Source: Betaproteobacteria bacterium (lineage in GTDB: Bacteria; Pseudomonadota; Gammaproteobacteria; Burkholderiales; Burkholderiaceae_E). From it: a stretch of 64,000 nt of DNA. Under the pieces are notes generated by a model. The model was not told the DNA's origin and ran no database searches. It saw only the letters and a program-made list of their open reading frames with translations. The position numbers were made by a program, and so were the translations under genes. Within the stretch, counting starts at the first letter, position 1. Each line of letters opens with the position of its first letter. Location of the stretch: assembly GCA_016868175.1 (NCBI GenBank), contig VGHO01000001.1, positions 15,543 through 79,542 of the forward strand, written 5' to 3'. Shown piece by piece: positions 26,562 through 35,343 of this stretch.

Positions 26562-28621
26562 GTGCACGGGTCCACGCCCGGATGGAAGATCCAGTGGCGG
26601 TGGACGTCCTCGAGCTTCCGGTGCGGCGCAAGGATCGCTTCGCGGGTCAAATCACGCACCCTCTGTCTGCACGCTGCGCGGGTGAGGTACTCCACCGGCG
26701 ACTTTCCGTCGACCCTCGCGAGGGTGAGCGCAGGAAGGAGTGCTGCCGCCCGCGCTTCGAGTGCCTCCCACGGCTCCCACGATCCGTTTGCGGCAATCCC
26801 CTCGCGGTAGCCGTCGACGAGTGCGCCAAAGCTTGCGCGGTGGAGCGCCTGGTGCGCGGGTACCCAGAGGCGCTTGAGCAGAAGATGCTTCAGACAGAAG
26901 GCCAGATCGAAGGCAGGATCACCCCACCAGGCGCATTCGGCATCGAGAAAGACCGGACCATCGGGACCGATCAGGATATTCTTGGGACTGATGTCGCCGT
27001 GAACCAGGGCGTGCCTGGTGTGGGCGGTGGTGCGGCTCAGGGCATGGAGCGCATCACTCAACGCCGGATGTCGCTGCGCGGTTGCCTCCAGGTAGGGCTC
27101 AAGCCGGATTGCGTGAAAGAGCGGGGTATGGTCAAACCGGGCGCGGAGCTCTACGGCGACTGCGGGATTTGCGGAGGCGGCATGGATCCTGGCAAGGCGG
27201 GTTCCAACCGCGTGCGCCTGCGCCGGGATTGCCTCGCCGTCGCGGAGCATGGACTTCCAGAGCCGGAATCGTGAGGGCGGCAGGTAGCGCATCAGAAGCA
27301 TGCCCCGCCGATCGTCGCTCGCCACGCATTGCGGCACGCTTGCCGGATCCGCCTGCGCTGCAAAGTGCATCCAGGCGGCCTCGTGCCGACTACGTTCGAT
27401 CGGGACCTCCCAGCTCTGACTCACCTTCAGGCGGGGGAGTGCGCGCTTCACCACATGCTTGCCGCTGGAGAGTTCCACGCTCCATATTTCGGAGGACACG
27501 CCCCCGGTGAGCGCCGAAGCTGCAGGACTTGTCTCCGTTGCGAGTCCGAGTTCGCGCAGCCAGTCGTGGAAGTCGCGCGGAAGCTGCGGTGTTTCCTGGG
27601 GCTTGCCGCGGAACTCGAGCAGCTTGACGAGAGCGTAAAGGGTTTGATTGACTGGCGTTGCAACCCCCAGACGAAGCGCTTCGCGCACGACAAAACCATT
27701 GAGATGATCGATTTCCGAGGTTCTGCCGCGTGCGAGATCCTGGGCAGTGGATGAGAGTTGACGGGGCATTGCAGCGGCAATCGCCGCGCACTGGCCCAAT
27801 GCGGCGTTGCGATCGAGAACGAGCCCGCTCGCATGGCTCAGATCGAGAACCTCCTGCACGATTGCATCCATGGTGCTGCGGATCCCGGCTTGCGCGGCGA
27901 GCGTTCCGTAATCGACCTGCGCCAATGCGGAAATGGCGTTGTAGGCACAGTTCACGAGCAACTTCGACCAGAGAGCCTCGGCGACCTGCGGACTGACAAC
28001 AACCGGGATCGCCGCTTGCGAGAAGCAGGCCGCGATCTGATCGAGCAACTCCGCCGTCACGTCTTGCCCTCGTCGTGCTGCTGCGTCGTGTTGGCGGTGC
28101 GCCTCCGCCGCCACGCTTTGCCCGCGCATTGGAGGTGGCGGGCCGATGACCAGATCGCCGCGTCCGAAGTGACGCACAAGACCAGGCTCAGGCATGGCGC
28201 ACGCAACGTAGACTGCTGCAGGAATCACGGGACGCTCGAGAACCGCCTGCGCCCGCGCGGCGTTGTCGACGCCGTTTTGCAGGCTCATCACCCAGGTTTC
28301 GGGGCGCAGCACCCCGCGCATCAGGGCTGCGGCTTCCTCGGTTGCGGTGGCCTTCACGCAAAGCAGCACTGCGTCGACCTGCCGAAGATCCTGCGGGCTG
28401 GAACTGGCGCTGATCCGGGGCGGCATGAGCACCTCGAGGGTATCCGAACGCTCCAGTCTCAGCCCGGTCGAGACAATGACCTGCGCTGTCTCCGGTCGCG
28501 CCACGAACACCACCCGGTGGCCTGCTCGCGCAAGCATTGCGCCAAAGTAGCCGCCCACCGCGCCAGTGCCCATGATCCCGATCGTGATCGGTTCGCGCCT
28601 CCTTTCTTGCCCCTTTTCCAT
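26558..28621 (-). CDS. Fusion protein: 2-dehydropantoate-2-reductase-like (ApbA/PanE) N-domain plus APH/MtnK-like kinase C-domain
   Basis: The N-terminus has IGIMGTGAVGGYFG and SSTAQDLARGRTSEIDHLNG (PanE family). The C-terminus has HGDISPKNIL...DAECAWWGDPAFDLAF (Brenner and DxD motifs of aminoglycoside / methylthioribose kinase-type phosphotransferases). Single 687-aa frame. Confidence 0.75.
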   Translation of the reverse strand: MEKGQERRREPITIGIMGTGAVGGYFGAMLARAGHRVVFVARPETAQVIVSTGLRLERSDTLEVLMPPRISASSSPQDLRQVDAVLLCVKATATEEAAALMRGVLRPETWVMSLQNGVDNAARAQAVLERPVIPAAVYVACAMPEPGLVRHFGRGDLVIGPPPPMRGQSVAAEAHRQHDAAARRGQDVTAELLDQIAACFSQAAIPVVVSPQVAEALWSKLLVNCAYNAISALAQVDYGTLAAQAGIRSTMDAIVQEVLDLSHASGLVLDRNAALGQCAAIAAAMPRQLSSTAQDLARGRTSEIDHLNGFVVREALRLGVATPVNQTLYALVKLLEFRGKPQETPQLPRDFHDWLRELGLATETSPAASALTGGVSSEIWSVELSSGKHVVKRALPRLKVSQSWEVPIERSRHEAAWMHFAAQADPASVPQCVASDDRRGMLLMRYLPPSRFRLWKSMLRDGEAIPAQAHAVGTRLARIHAASANPAVAVELRARFDHTPLFHAIRLEPYLEATAQRHPALSDALHALSRTTAHTRHALVHGDISPKNILIGPDGPVFLDAECAWWGDPAFDLAFCLKHLLLKRLWVPAHQALHRASFGALVDGYREGIAANGSWEPWEALEARAAALLPALTLARVDGKSPVEYLTRAACRQRVRDLTREAILAPHRKLEDVHRHWIFHPGVDPCT

Positions 28622-28629
28622 GCGGTGCG

Positions 28630-29244
28630 TCAGTCGTGCAGTGCCGAGTCGCCGAGAAGCGCGAGCCGAAAGCGATGCTTCAGGTAGCTGCTGTCGCGCG
28701 GTGGGAGCACCAGCGGCAGTTTTTCCGGATCGATCTTCACCTGGGCGAAGACGCAACGGTCTTTGGCGTGGATGCGGTCGCGCAGCGCGCGTACTTCCTC
28801 GATGGTGGTGGGTGCACTGGAGTCGACGATTCCGCATTCGCGCGCCACCCCCGCGAGACTCACGCTATGGCCTGTGGCAGACGCTTGCTGACCTGTCTCG
28901 CCGTAGGATTCGTTGTCCAGCACAACGATGGCGAGGTTTGAAACGCGGCTGACCCCGATCGTGCTCAGGCTGCCGAGTCCCATGAGCATCTCGCCGTCGC
29001 CTGTGACCACGAGTACCCTGCGCGTGGGTTGCGCAAGCGCAAGCCCAAGTCCCAGCATGGCTGCGCCGCCCATCGCGCCCCACATTGGAAAATTGAGTGG
29101 ATGATCCCCCGCAGCAGTTACATCCCAGGCGGGAGCTCCGAGCCCGGCAATCACGAGGATCCCGCCGCGGTCGGCGAGCAGCACGCTCACCACTTCGCGG
29201 CGCCGCAGTCGTGGTGCCAGGGCCGATGTCGACTTGCGCGTCAT
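28630..29244 (-). CDS. ThDP-dependent decarboxylase, beta (PP-domain) subunit, sulfopyruvate/phosphonopyruvate decarboxylase family
   Basis: ThDP-binding motif GDGEMLMGLGSLSTIG...VVLDNESYGETG. About 204 aa, directly downstream of the alpha subunit. Confidence 0.75.
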   Translation of the reverse strand: MTRKSTSALAPRLRRREVVSVLLADRGGILVIAGLGAPAWDVTAAGDHPLNFPMWGAMGGAAMLGLGLALAQPTRRVLVVTGDGEMLMGLGSLSTIGVSRVSNLAIVVLDNESYGETGQQASATGHSVSLAGVARECGIVDSSAPTTIEEVRALRDRIHAKDRCVFAQVKIDPEKLPLVLPPRDSSYLKHRFRLALLGDSALHD

Positions 29245-29248
29245 CGCT

Positions 29249-29830
29249 TCATTCTCCTCGGGCGAGCTTGCGGAAGTCCTTGGCGCCGAGCATTTTCTGC
29301 CCAAGCAGGACGGCGACCGGACGACAGCTGTTGAATGCAAGGCGCAGCGCGCCATGCACAGTTTCCTCTACCTGCGCAGTGGCATCCACCTGCTTCACCA
29401 GCACGCCGATCGCTTCGAGCACCCGGGGCGATGCCTGGCCCATTGGAAGCTGCGCAGGGTTGAACTCCCCGTGGTCTCCGCGCATCGTGACCAGCATCAG
29501 AAGCGGAAACTGAGCCATCACGGGAAGACTCAGCATGTTGATGCAGTTGCCCACGCCTGAACTCTGCATGAGGAGTACTCCACGGATACCTCCGAGCCAG
29601 GCACCTGCAAGAAGCGCCACGCCTTCCTCCTCGGTACTCAGGCGCACCATGCGCATCCCCGGGTCGGCCTCGCAGTGCCGGATCAGTGCCGCGTGGCCTG
29701 CGTCGGGCACCAGTGCGATCAGGTCGATCGCCTCTGCACGCAGCAGGCTGTGGACGCGCTCCGGCCAGTCCCCACCCCCGGCGGCACTGCGCGAACCTCG
29801 CGCGGATCGTTCCTGAAAACTGCCTGTCAT
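29249..29830 (-). CDS. ThDP-dependent decarboxylase, alpha (PYR-domain) subunit, ComD-like
   Basis: STEEEGVALLAGAWLGG...LMQSSGVGNCINMLS...LLMLVTMRG is the PYR-domain pattern of the ComD/Ppd N-terminal half. Confidence 0.75.
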   Translation of the reverse strand: MTGSFQERSARGSRSAAGGGDWPERVHSLLRAEAIDLIALVPDAGHAALIRHCEADPGMRMVRLSTEEEGVALLAGAWLGGIRGVLLMQSSGVGNCINMLSLPVMAQFPLLMLVTMRGDHGEFNPAQLPMGQASPRVLEAIGVLVKQVDATAQVEETVHGALRLAFNSCRPVAVLLGQKMLGAKDFRKLARGE

Positions 29831-29850
29831 TGCGTCTCCCGCCTCCCAGG

Positions 29851-29950
29851 GATGGATGCCTCAAGGCCTCCGCATGAGGGACGCCTCCGAGACTCCGCAT
29901 GATGGATGACTCAAAGCCTCCGTTTGATGGATGCCTCCGATACTCCGCAT
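29851..29950. repeat. 25-nt x4 tandem array (50-nt x2 superstructure) in a divergent promoter region
   Basis: Units are gatggatgcctcaaggcctccgcat / gagggacgcctccgagactccgcat / gatggatgactcaaagcctccgttt / gatggatgcctccgatactccgcat. The array spans 21-120 nt upstream of the ComD-like ATG and 38-137 nt upstream of the BKACE ATG. Confidence 0.95.
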
Positions 29951-29987
29951 TCTAGGGAAGGCTGCGCTACAGTTGCGGCGAACATCG

Positions 29988-30971
29988 ATGCCCCAATACC
30001 CGGAGTGCCACGACAAACCCGAGGAGCTTCACCCCATGGCCGCAGCGCAAGGCAAAGTCATCATCACCTGTGCCGTGACGGGCGCAATTCACACCCCCAG
30101 CATGTCGCCCCACTTGCCGGTTACTCCGCAGGAAATCGCCGACGCTGCCGTGGGCGCGGCTCAGGCCGGCGCAGCGATCGTGCATCTTCATGCCCGCGAC
30201 CCCAGGGACGGGCGTCCCTCGCAGGATCCGGCGCTCTTCATGGAGTTCCTCCCGCAGATCCGCGAGCGCTCGGATGCGGTGATCAACATCACCACCGGCG
30301 GAGCGCCCACGATGAGTGTGGAGGAGCGGCTGCAACCCGCCTTGCAACTCAAGCCGGAGGTGGCTTCGCTCAACATGGGCTCGATGAACTTCGGTCTCTA
30401 CGAAATGCTCGGGCGCTACCGCGATTTCAGGCACGGGTGGGAGCAGCCTTACCTTGCCGAGAGCGATGACAGGATCTTCCGCAACACCTTCCGCGACATC
30501 GAACACATCCTGCGTTCGTGCGCTGCCAACGACACCCGTTTCGAAATCGAGTGTTACGACATCGGCCACCTCTATACCGCCGCGCATTTTCTCGATCGCG
30601 GGCTGATCAGGCCACCGCTCTTCATCCAGTCGGTCTTTGGTATTCGCGGCGGTATCGGACCGCATCCGGAGGATGTACTGCACATGAAACGTACTGCGGA
30701 TCGGCTCTTTGGTGATCTCTACCACTGGTCAGTGCTCGGTGCGGGGCGTAACCAGATGTTCATCGCTGCGCAGTCCGCAGTGATGGGGGGCAACGTCCGC
30801 GTTGGTCTCGAGGACAGCCTCTGGATCGGACGCGGGCAGCTTGCACGCAGCAATGCCGAGCAGGTGAGCAAGGTGCGCACGATTCTCGAGGGGATCGGCC
30901 TGGTCGTGGCCACGGCAAACGATGCGCGGCAGATGCTCGAGCTCAAGGGCGCGGGCCTTGTGGGCTTCTGA
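29988..30971 (+). CDS. 3-keto-5-aminohexanoate cleavage enzyme family (BKACE/DUF849)
   Basis: KVIITCAVTGAIHTP, IVHLHARDP and NVRVGLEDSLW motifs are typical of the BKACE family. The start is 29988 or 30036. Confidence 0.8.
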   Translation: MPQYPECHDKPEELHPMAAAQGKVIITCAVTGAIHTPSMSPHLPVTPQEIADAAVGAAQAGAAIVHLHARDPRDGRPSQDPALFMEFLPQIRERSDAVINITTGGAPTMSVEERLQPALQLKPEVASLNMGSMNFGLYEMLGRYRDFRHGWEQPYLAESDDRIFRNTFRDIEHILRSCAANDTRFEIECYDIGHLYTAAHFLDRGLIRPPLFIQSVFGIRGGIGPHPEDVLHMKRTADRLFGDLYHWSVLGAGRNQMFIAAQSAVMGGNVRVGLEDSLWIGRGQLARSNAEQVSKVRTILEGIGLVVATANDARQMLELKGAGLVGF

Positions 30972-31034
30972 GCGCGCGCGCAGCGCAGCGTATGCATCGC
31001 CCGGCAGGCGTCGGGCGCGTGCGCGGGGTGCCCA

Positions 31035-32273
31035 GTGAATCGGTCTGCGCAGACCGAGCGTGCGGAGATGGCAGGCCTGGCACGCGGATCGCGGCGCCTT
31101 GCGGTGGTTGACGCGCCGATCATCCCGACGATCGCATCGATGGTGCGCGACAACCCCGGGTGCATTTCGCTCGGCCAGGGGGTGGTGAGTTACGGACCAC
31201 CCCGGGAGGCGCTCGAGGCCTTGCCGGCGCTGATGGCCGATCCGCAGCTGCACAAGTACCAGCCGGTGGCTGGCATGCCTGCGCTCATCGACGCCCTCGT
31301 CCGAAAGTTGCAGGCGTTCAATCAGGTACGTGTTGCGAAGTCCTCGCGTCTGATGGTCACTGCGGGCAGCAACATGGCGTTCCTGAATGCGGTGCTTGCC
31401 GTGAGCGAGCCAAACGACGAATTCATCCTGCCCTTGCCGTACTACTTCAATCAGGAAATGGCCGTCCGCATGTGCGGCTGCGTTCCGGTCACCGTGGCCT
31501 GCAAGAGCGATTTTCAGCTCGATGTGCAAGCGATTGCGCGCGCGATCACACCGCGCACCCGCGCGGTGGTCACCGTGTCGCCCAACAATCCCACAGGTGC
31601 GGTGTATCCACCGGAGGACCTGCGCGCGGTCAACGCACTGTGTTGCAAGCACCGCATCTACCACTTCTCCGATGAGGCCTACGAGTGCTTTACCTACGCA
31701 GGCGCAAGGCACTTTTCGCCCGGCAGCCTCGAGGGCGCCGAAGAGTACTCGCTCGGGTTTTATTCGTTTTCCAAGAATTTCGGTATGGCGAGTTGGCGGG
31801 TAGGTTATGTGCACTACCCGGATCATCTGCACGAGGCGATGAACAAGGTACAGGACACCAACCTGATCTGCGCGCCTGTGATTTCACAACTCCTCGCTCT
31901 TGAAGTGCTGCGCAGGCCGACGGCGGCGCTCACCGAGCGGGTGGCCGAACTCGACCGGGTACGCCGCGAGGTCTACCGCATGCTCGATGCGCTCGGGCCG
32001 CTTGCCCGGTACACGCGCACCGAGGGCGCCTTCTACATCATGCTTGGTCTGCCCCCGGTGCACGATGCGCTCGCCTTCAACGCCTTTCTTGCGCGGGAGT
32101 ACAAGGTGGCCTGCGTCCCGGGCTTTGCCTTCGGGCTGACCGATACCTCGCGGATGAATTATCAGCGTCTGTCCTACGGAGCACTGGCGCCGCAGACGGT
32201 GGTCGAGGGCGTGAGCCGCTTCGTTGCCGGGGTACGCGCCTGGTACACAGGGGCAAGCCATGAGCGGCACTAG
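31035..32273 (+). CDS. PLP-dependent aminotransferase, class I/II
   Basis: SPNNPTG motif and the PLP-lysine motif YSFSKNFGMASWRVGY. The start is GTG 31035 or ATG 31068. Confidence 0.8.
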   Translation: MNRSAQTERAEMAGLARGSRRLAVVDAPIIPTIASMVRDNPGCISLGQGVVSYGPPREALEALPALMADPQLHKYQPVAGMPALIDALVRKLQAFNQVRVAKSSRLMVTAGSNMAFLNAVLAVSEPNDEFILPLPYYFNQEMAVRMCGCVPVTVACKSDFQLDVQAIARAITPRTRAVVTVSPNNPTGAVYPPEDLRAVNALCCKHRIYHFSDEAYECFTYAGARHFSPGSLEGAEEYSLGFYSFSKNFGMASWRVGYVHYPDHLHEAMNKVQDTNLICAPVISQLLALEVLRRPTAALTERVAELDRVRREVYRMLDALGPLARYTRTEGAFYIMLGLPPVHDALAFNAFLAREYKVACVPGFAFGLTDTSRMNYQRLSYGALAPQTVVEGVSRFVAGVRAWYTGASHERH

Positions 32274-34464
32274 CCCGGTTCGGATCAGCGAAGTGGGCCC
32301 GCGCGATGGCCTGCAGTCGGTGAAATCGATCATGCCCACGCAGGCCAAGACGTTGTGGATTGCCGCACTTCACGCGAGCGGCCTGCGCGAGATCGAGGTG
32401 GGGTCCTTCGTGCCCCCAAGGCTCGTGCCGCAACTTGCCGATACCGCCGAAGTGGTCGCCTTTGCGCGGGCGCTCGAGGGGCTCAGCGTGATGGCGCTCG
32501 TTCCCAATCTCAGGGGCGCCATCGATGCGATCGAAGCGGGCGCGCACCGGCTCACGATTCCCGTTTCGGCGAGCGAGGCGCATTCGCAGGCAAACCTCCG
32601 TCGAAGCCGCGCCGCCATGCTCGAGGAAGTGGGGCGCATCGTGGCCTATCGCAACACCCACGCGCCGCAGGTGACGATCGAGGCGAATCTGTCCACCGCC
32701 TTCGGCTGCAGCATCGAGGGCGAAGTTCCGGAGGATGAGGTGCTTCGTCTGGCTCAGCGGCTGATCGAGCTTGGCGCCGACGAAACCGGTCTTTCCGACA
32801 CCGCAGGCGTTGCCAACCCGCGTCAGGCAAGGCGTCTCTTTCGCAGCCTCCGATCGGCACTTGGCCTGCGCTGCGGTGCAGCGCACTTCCACAACACCCG
32901 CGGACTCGGGCTGGCCAATTGCCTGGCAGCCTTCGAGGAGGGGGTGCGGACCTTCGACAGTTCAATGGCCGGACTTGGCGGCTGCCCCTTCGCTCCGGGA
33001 GCCTCGGGCAATGTCGTTACCGAGGATCTGGCGTTCATGTTCGAGGCGATGGGGGTGGACACCGGCATCGATCTGGAGAGGCTCGTGGACGCGCGCAGGG
33101 TTCTGCGTGCAGGCCTTCCCGGTGAACCGCTCCACGGGATGGTTGCCGAGGCGGGGGTGCCTGCGGGGTTCAGAGCCGCACGCCAGAGGCTCCGGCCAGC
33201 GCACCAGGTCTCGAAGCGCTCGGAGGCATCCACGCCCTCGGAGGCATCCACGCCCTCAGAGGCATCCACGCCCTCGGAGGCATCCACGGTTCGGCCGCTT
33301 CCGCTTCAGGGGGTGCGGGTTCTCGAGTTCTCACATATGGTGATGGGTCCCACCTGCGGGCTTGTGCTGGCCGATCTGGGTGCCGAGGTCATCAAGATCG
33401 AGCCGCTCGAGGGCGACCGCACCCGGCGCCTTCTGGGCTCGGGGGCAGGGTTCTTTCCGCTCTTCAACCGCAACAAGAAAAGCCTCGCCGTGGATCTCCA
33501 CCGGCCGCAGGGTCGCGCACTCGTCGAGCGACTGGTTGCAGGTGCCGATGTGGTCGTTGAGAACTTCAAGCCCGGAACCATGAAGCGCCTCGGGCTTGAT
33601 GAGGCGAGTCTGCGCGGCCGGCATCCGCAACTGATCTACGCAAGTCTCAAGGGGTTCCTGCCGGGCCCCTATGCGCAGCGCACTGCGCTCGATGAAGTGG
33701 TGCAGATGATGGGCGGGCTGGCCTACATGACCGGAAGACGGGGAGATCCGCTTCGCGCAGGCACGAGCGTGAACGATATCATGGGGGGCATGTTTGCAGC
33801 GATTGCGATCCTTGCCGCCTTGCGCGCGCGCGATGCGAGCGGTGAGGGTCAGCCGGTGCAGTCCGCACTCTTCGAGAACAATGTCTTTCTGGTTGCGCAG
33901 CACATGATGCAGTACGCGGTCACCGGCAAATCGGTGGCACCCATGCCGGAGCGCATCTCGGCGTGGGCGGTCTACGACGTGTTTACAGCCGGCGATGGCG
34001 AGCAGATCTTTCTGGCGGTGGTCAGTGACCGCCAGTGGGAACTCGTTTGCCAGGCCTTCGAATGGCCAGATCTGCTCAACGACCCAAGGCTTGGCTCGAA
34101 CAATGCCAGGGTGATGCAGCGCGACTGGCTGATTCCGGCCCTGCGCAATCGCCTTGCGCAGTATCCGGCGCGGGAACTCGCTTCGCGCTTCGAAGCTCGC
34201 GGGCTTCCCTACGCGCCGATTATCCGCCCCGAGGAACTGCTCGATGACCCGCATCTGCGCGCATCCGGCGGGCTTGTGCCGCTCCACCTCGAAGACGGCC
34301 GGGAAGTACACACCGTACTGCTGCCGATTCTGCTGGCTGGACATCGACCCGGCGCGCGGCGTGACCCTCCGCGGCTGGGGCAGGACAGCCGTGCACTGCT
34401 CGAGGAACTCGGTTTGAGCCGCAACGAAGTGACAGCGCTCTTCGAGGCCGGGGTGATTTGCTGA
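32260..34464 (+). CDS. Fusion protein: HMG-CoA-lyase-like DRE-TIM metallolyase plus family III (CaiB/BaiF) CoA-transferase
   Basis: The N-terminus has EVGPRDGLQS...HFHNTRGLGLAN...GGCPFAPGASGN (HMGL family). The C-terminus has GVRVLEFSHMVMGPTCG...FNRNKKS...ENFKPG (CaiB family). The halves are joined by SEASTP x4 in a single frame. Confidence 0.8.
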   Translation: MSGTSPVRISEVGPRDGLQSVKSIMPTQAKTLWIAALHASGLREIEVGSFVPPRLVPQLADTAEVVAFARALEGLSVMALVPNLRGAIDAIEAGAHRLTIPVSASEAHSQANLRRSRAAMLEEVGRIVAYRNTHAPQVTIEANLSTAFGCSIEGEVPEDEVLRLAQRLIELGADETGLSDTAGVANPRQARRLFRSLRSALGLRCGAAHFHNTRGLGLANCLAAFEEGVRTFDSSMAGLGGCPFAPGASGNVVTEDLAFMFEAMGVDTGIDLERLVDARRVLRAGLPGEPLHGMVAEAGVPAGFRAARQRLRPAHQVSKRSEASTPSEASTPSEASTPSEASTVRPLPLQGVRVLEFSHMVMGPTCGLVLADLGAEVIKIEPLEGDRTRRLLGSGAGFFPLFNRNKKSLAVDLHRPQGRALVERLVAGADVVVENFKPGTMKRLGLDEASLRGRHPQLIYASLKGFLPGPYAQRTALDEVVQMMGGLAYMTGRRGDPLRAGTSVNDIMGGMFAAIAILAALRARDASGEGQPVQSALFENNVFLVAQHMMQYAVTGKSVAPMPERISAWAVYDVFTAGDGEQIFLAVVSDRQWELVCQAFEWPDLLNDPRLGSNNARVMQRDWLIPALRNRLAQYPARELASRFEARGLPYAPIIRPEELLDDPHLRASGGLVPLHLEDGREVHTVLLPILLAGHRPGARRDPPRLGQDSRALLEELGLSRNEVTALFEAGVIC
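33220..33291 (+). repeat. 18-nt x4 in-frame tandem repeat (SEASTP linker)
   Basis: tcggaggcatccacgccc is repeated four times; the third copy has one substitution and the fourth decays at its end. Confidence 0.95.
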
Positions 34465-34478
34465 TCGCCTGCCCACCC

Positions 34479-35303
34479 ATGGACTACACCATCGATCAGC
34501 GCTGGACGGACTACACCGTGGAGGAACATGCCACCTGGAAGGTGCTTTTCGAGCGTCAGGTCGGTGTGCTCCGGGCGGGTGCCTGCCGGCCTTTCGTGGA
34601 TGCGTTGCGCACCTTGCCGATCGGGCCCGAGCGGATTCCCGACCTTGCGCAACTCAACCCCCTTCTTGGCGCGCGCACGGGCTGGACTGTGGTGGCGGTA
34701 CCCGGCCTGGTACCCGACGAGGTGTTCTTCGAGCATCTCGCCCGCCGTGAGTTTCCGGTGGGCCGTTTCATCCGTAAACCGCATCAGCTCGATTATCTTC
34801 AGGAGCCCGACATCTTCCACGATGTTTTTGGGCATGTGCCCATGCTGATGCATCCTGCGATGGCCGACTTCATGCAGGCCTATGGCGCGGGCGGGCTGCG
34901 GGCCTTGCGACTTGGCGTTCTCGAGCAAATCGCGCGGGTGTACTGGTACACCGTGGAGTTTGGTCTTGTGGAGGAGGAAGGACAGCTGCGCATCTACGGC
35001 TCGGGAATCGCCTCCTCGTTCGCCGAGTGCGGCTACTGTCTCAACGACCCGGTGCCGCAGCGTCTGCACTTTGATCTCGACCGGGTCCTGCGCACGGCCT
35101 ACCGCATCGACGCATTCCAGGCCTGCTACTTCGTGCTGGGCCATTTCGACCAGCTGCTCGAGCTGGCACGCATCGATTTTGCGCCTCACTACGCGCATGC
35201 CTCCTCCAGCGAAGTGCTCCGTCCGGAGGCAAGGCTGCCCGCCGACCGGGTTTATGCAATGCGTGGTTCCACGAAAGGGGCGCGTGCAGGTGCTGGGGGC
35301 TGA
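34479..35303 (+). CDS. phhA: Phenylalanine 4-monooxygenase
   Basis: DYLQEPDIFHDVFGHVPML and YWYTVEFGLV motifs (iron ligands H, H, E) are colinear with Pseudomonas PhhA. Confidence 0.9.
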   Translation: MDYTIDQRWTDYTVEEHATWKVLFERQVGVLRAGACRPFVDALRTLPIGPERIPDLAQLNPLLGARTGWTVVAVPGLVPDEVFFEHLARREFPVGRFIRKPHQLDYLQEPDIFHDVFGHVPMLMHPAMADFMQAYGAGGLRALRLGVLEQIARVYWYTVEFGLVEEEGQLRIYGSGIASSFAECGYCLNDPVPQRLHFDLDRVLRTAYRIDAFQACYFVLGHFDQLLELARIDFAPHYAHASSSEVLRPEARLPADRVYAMRGSTKGARAGAGG

Positions 35304-35343
35304 GAGTCTCCTGCCCGAACGGCCGTTAGAAACAGTCCCGGAC

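Noticed and set aside
28630-32273. Phosphonate (2-aminoethylphosphonate) biosynthesis cluster, suggested by a Ppd-like decarboxylase plus an aminotransferase
   Set aside because: No PEP mutase (isocitrate-lyase superfamily) gene is present in the cluster or the window. The decarboxylase is also the split ComDE type, so the phosphonate assignment is unsupported.
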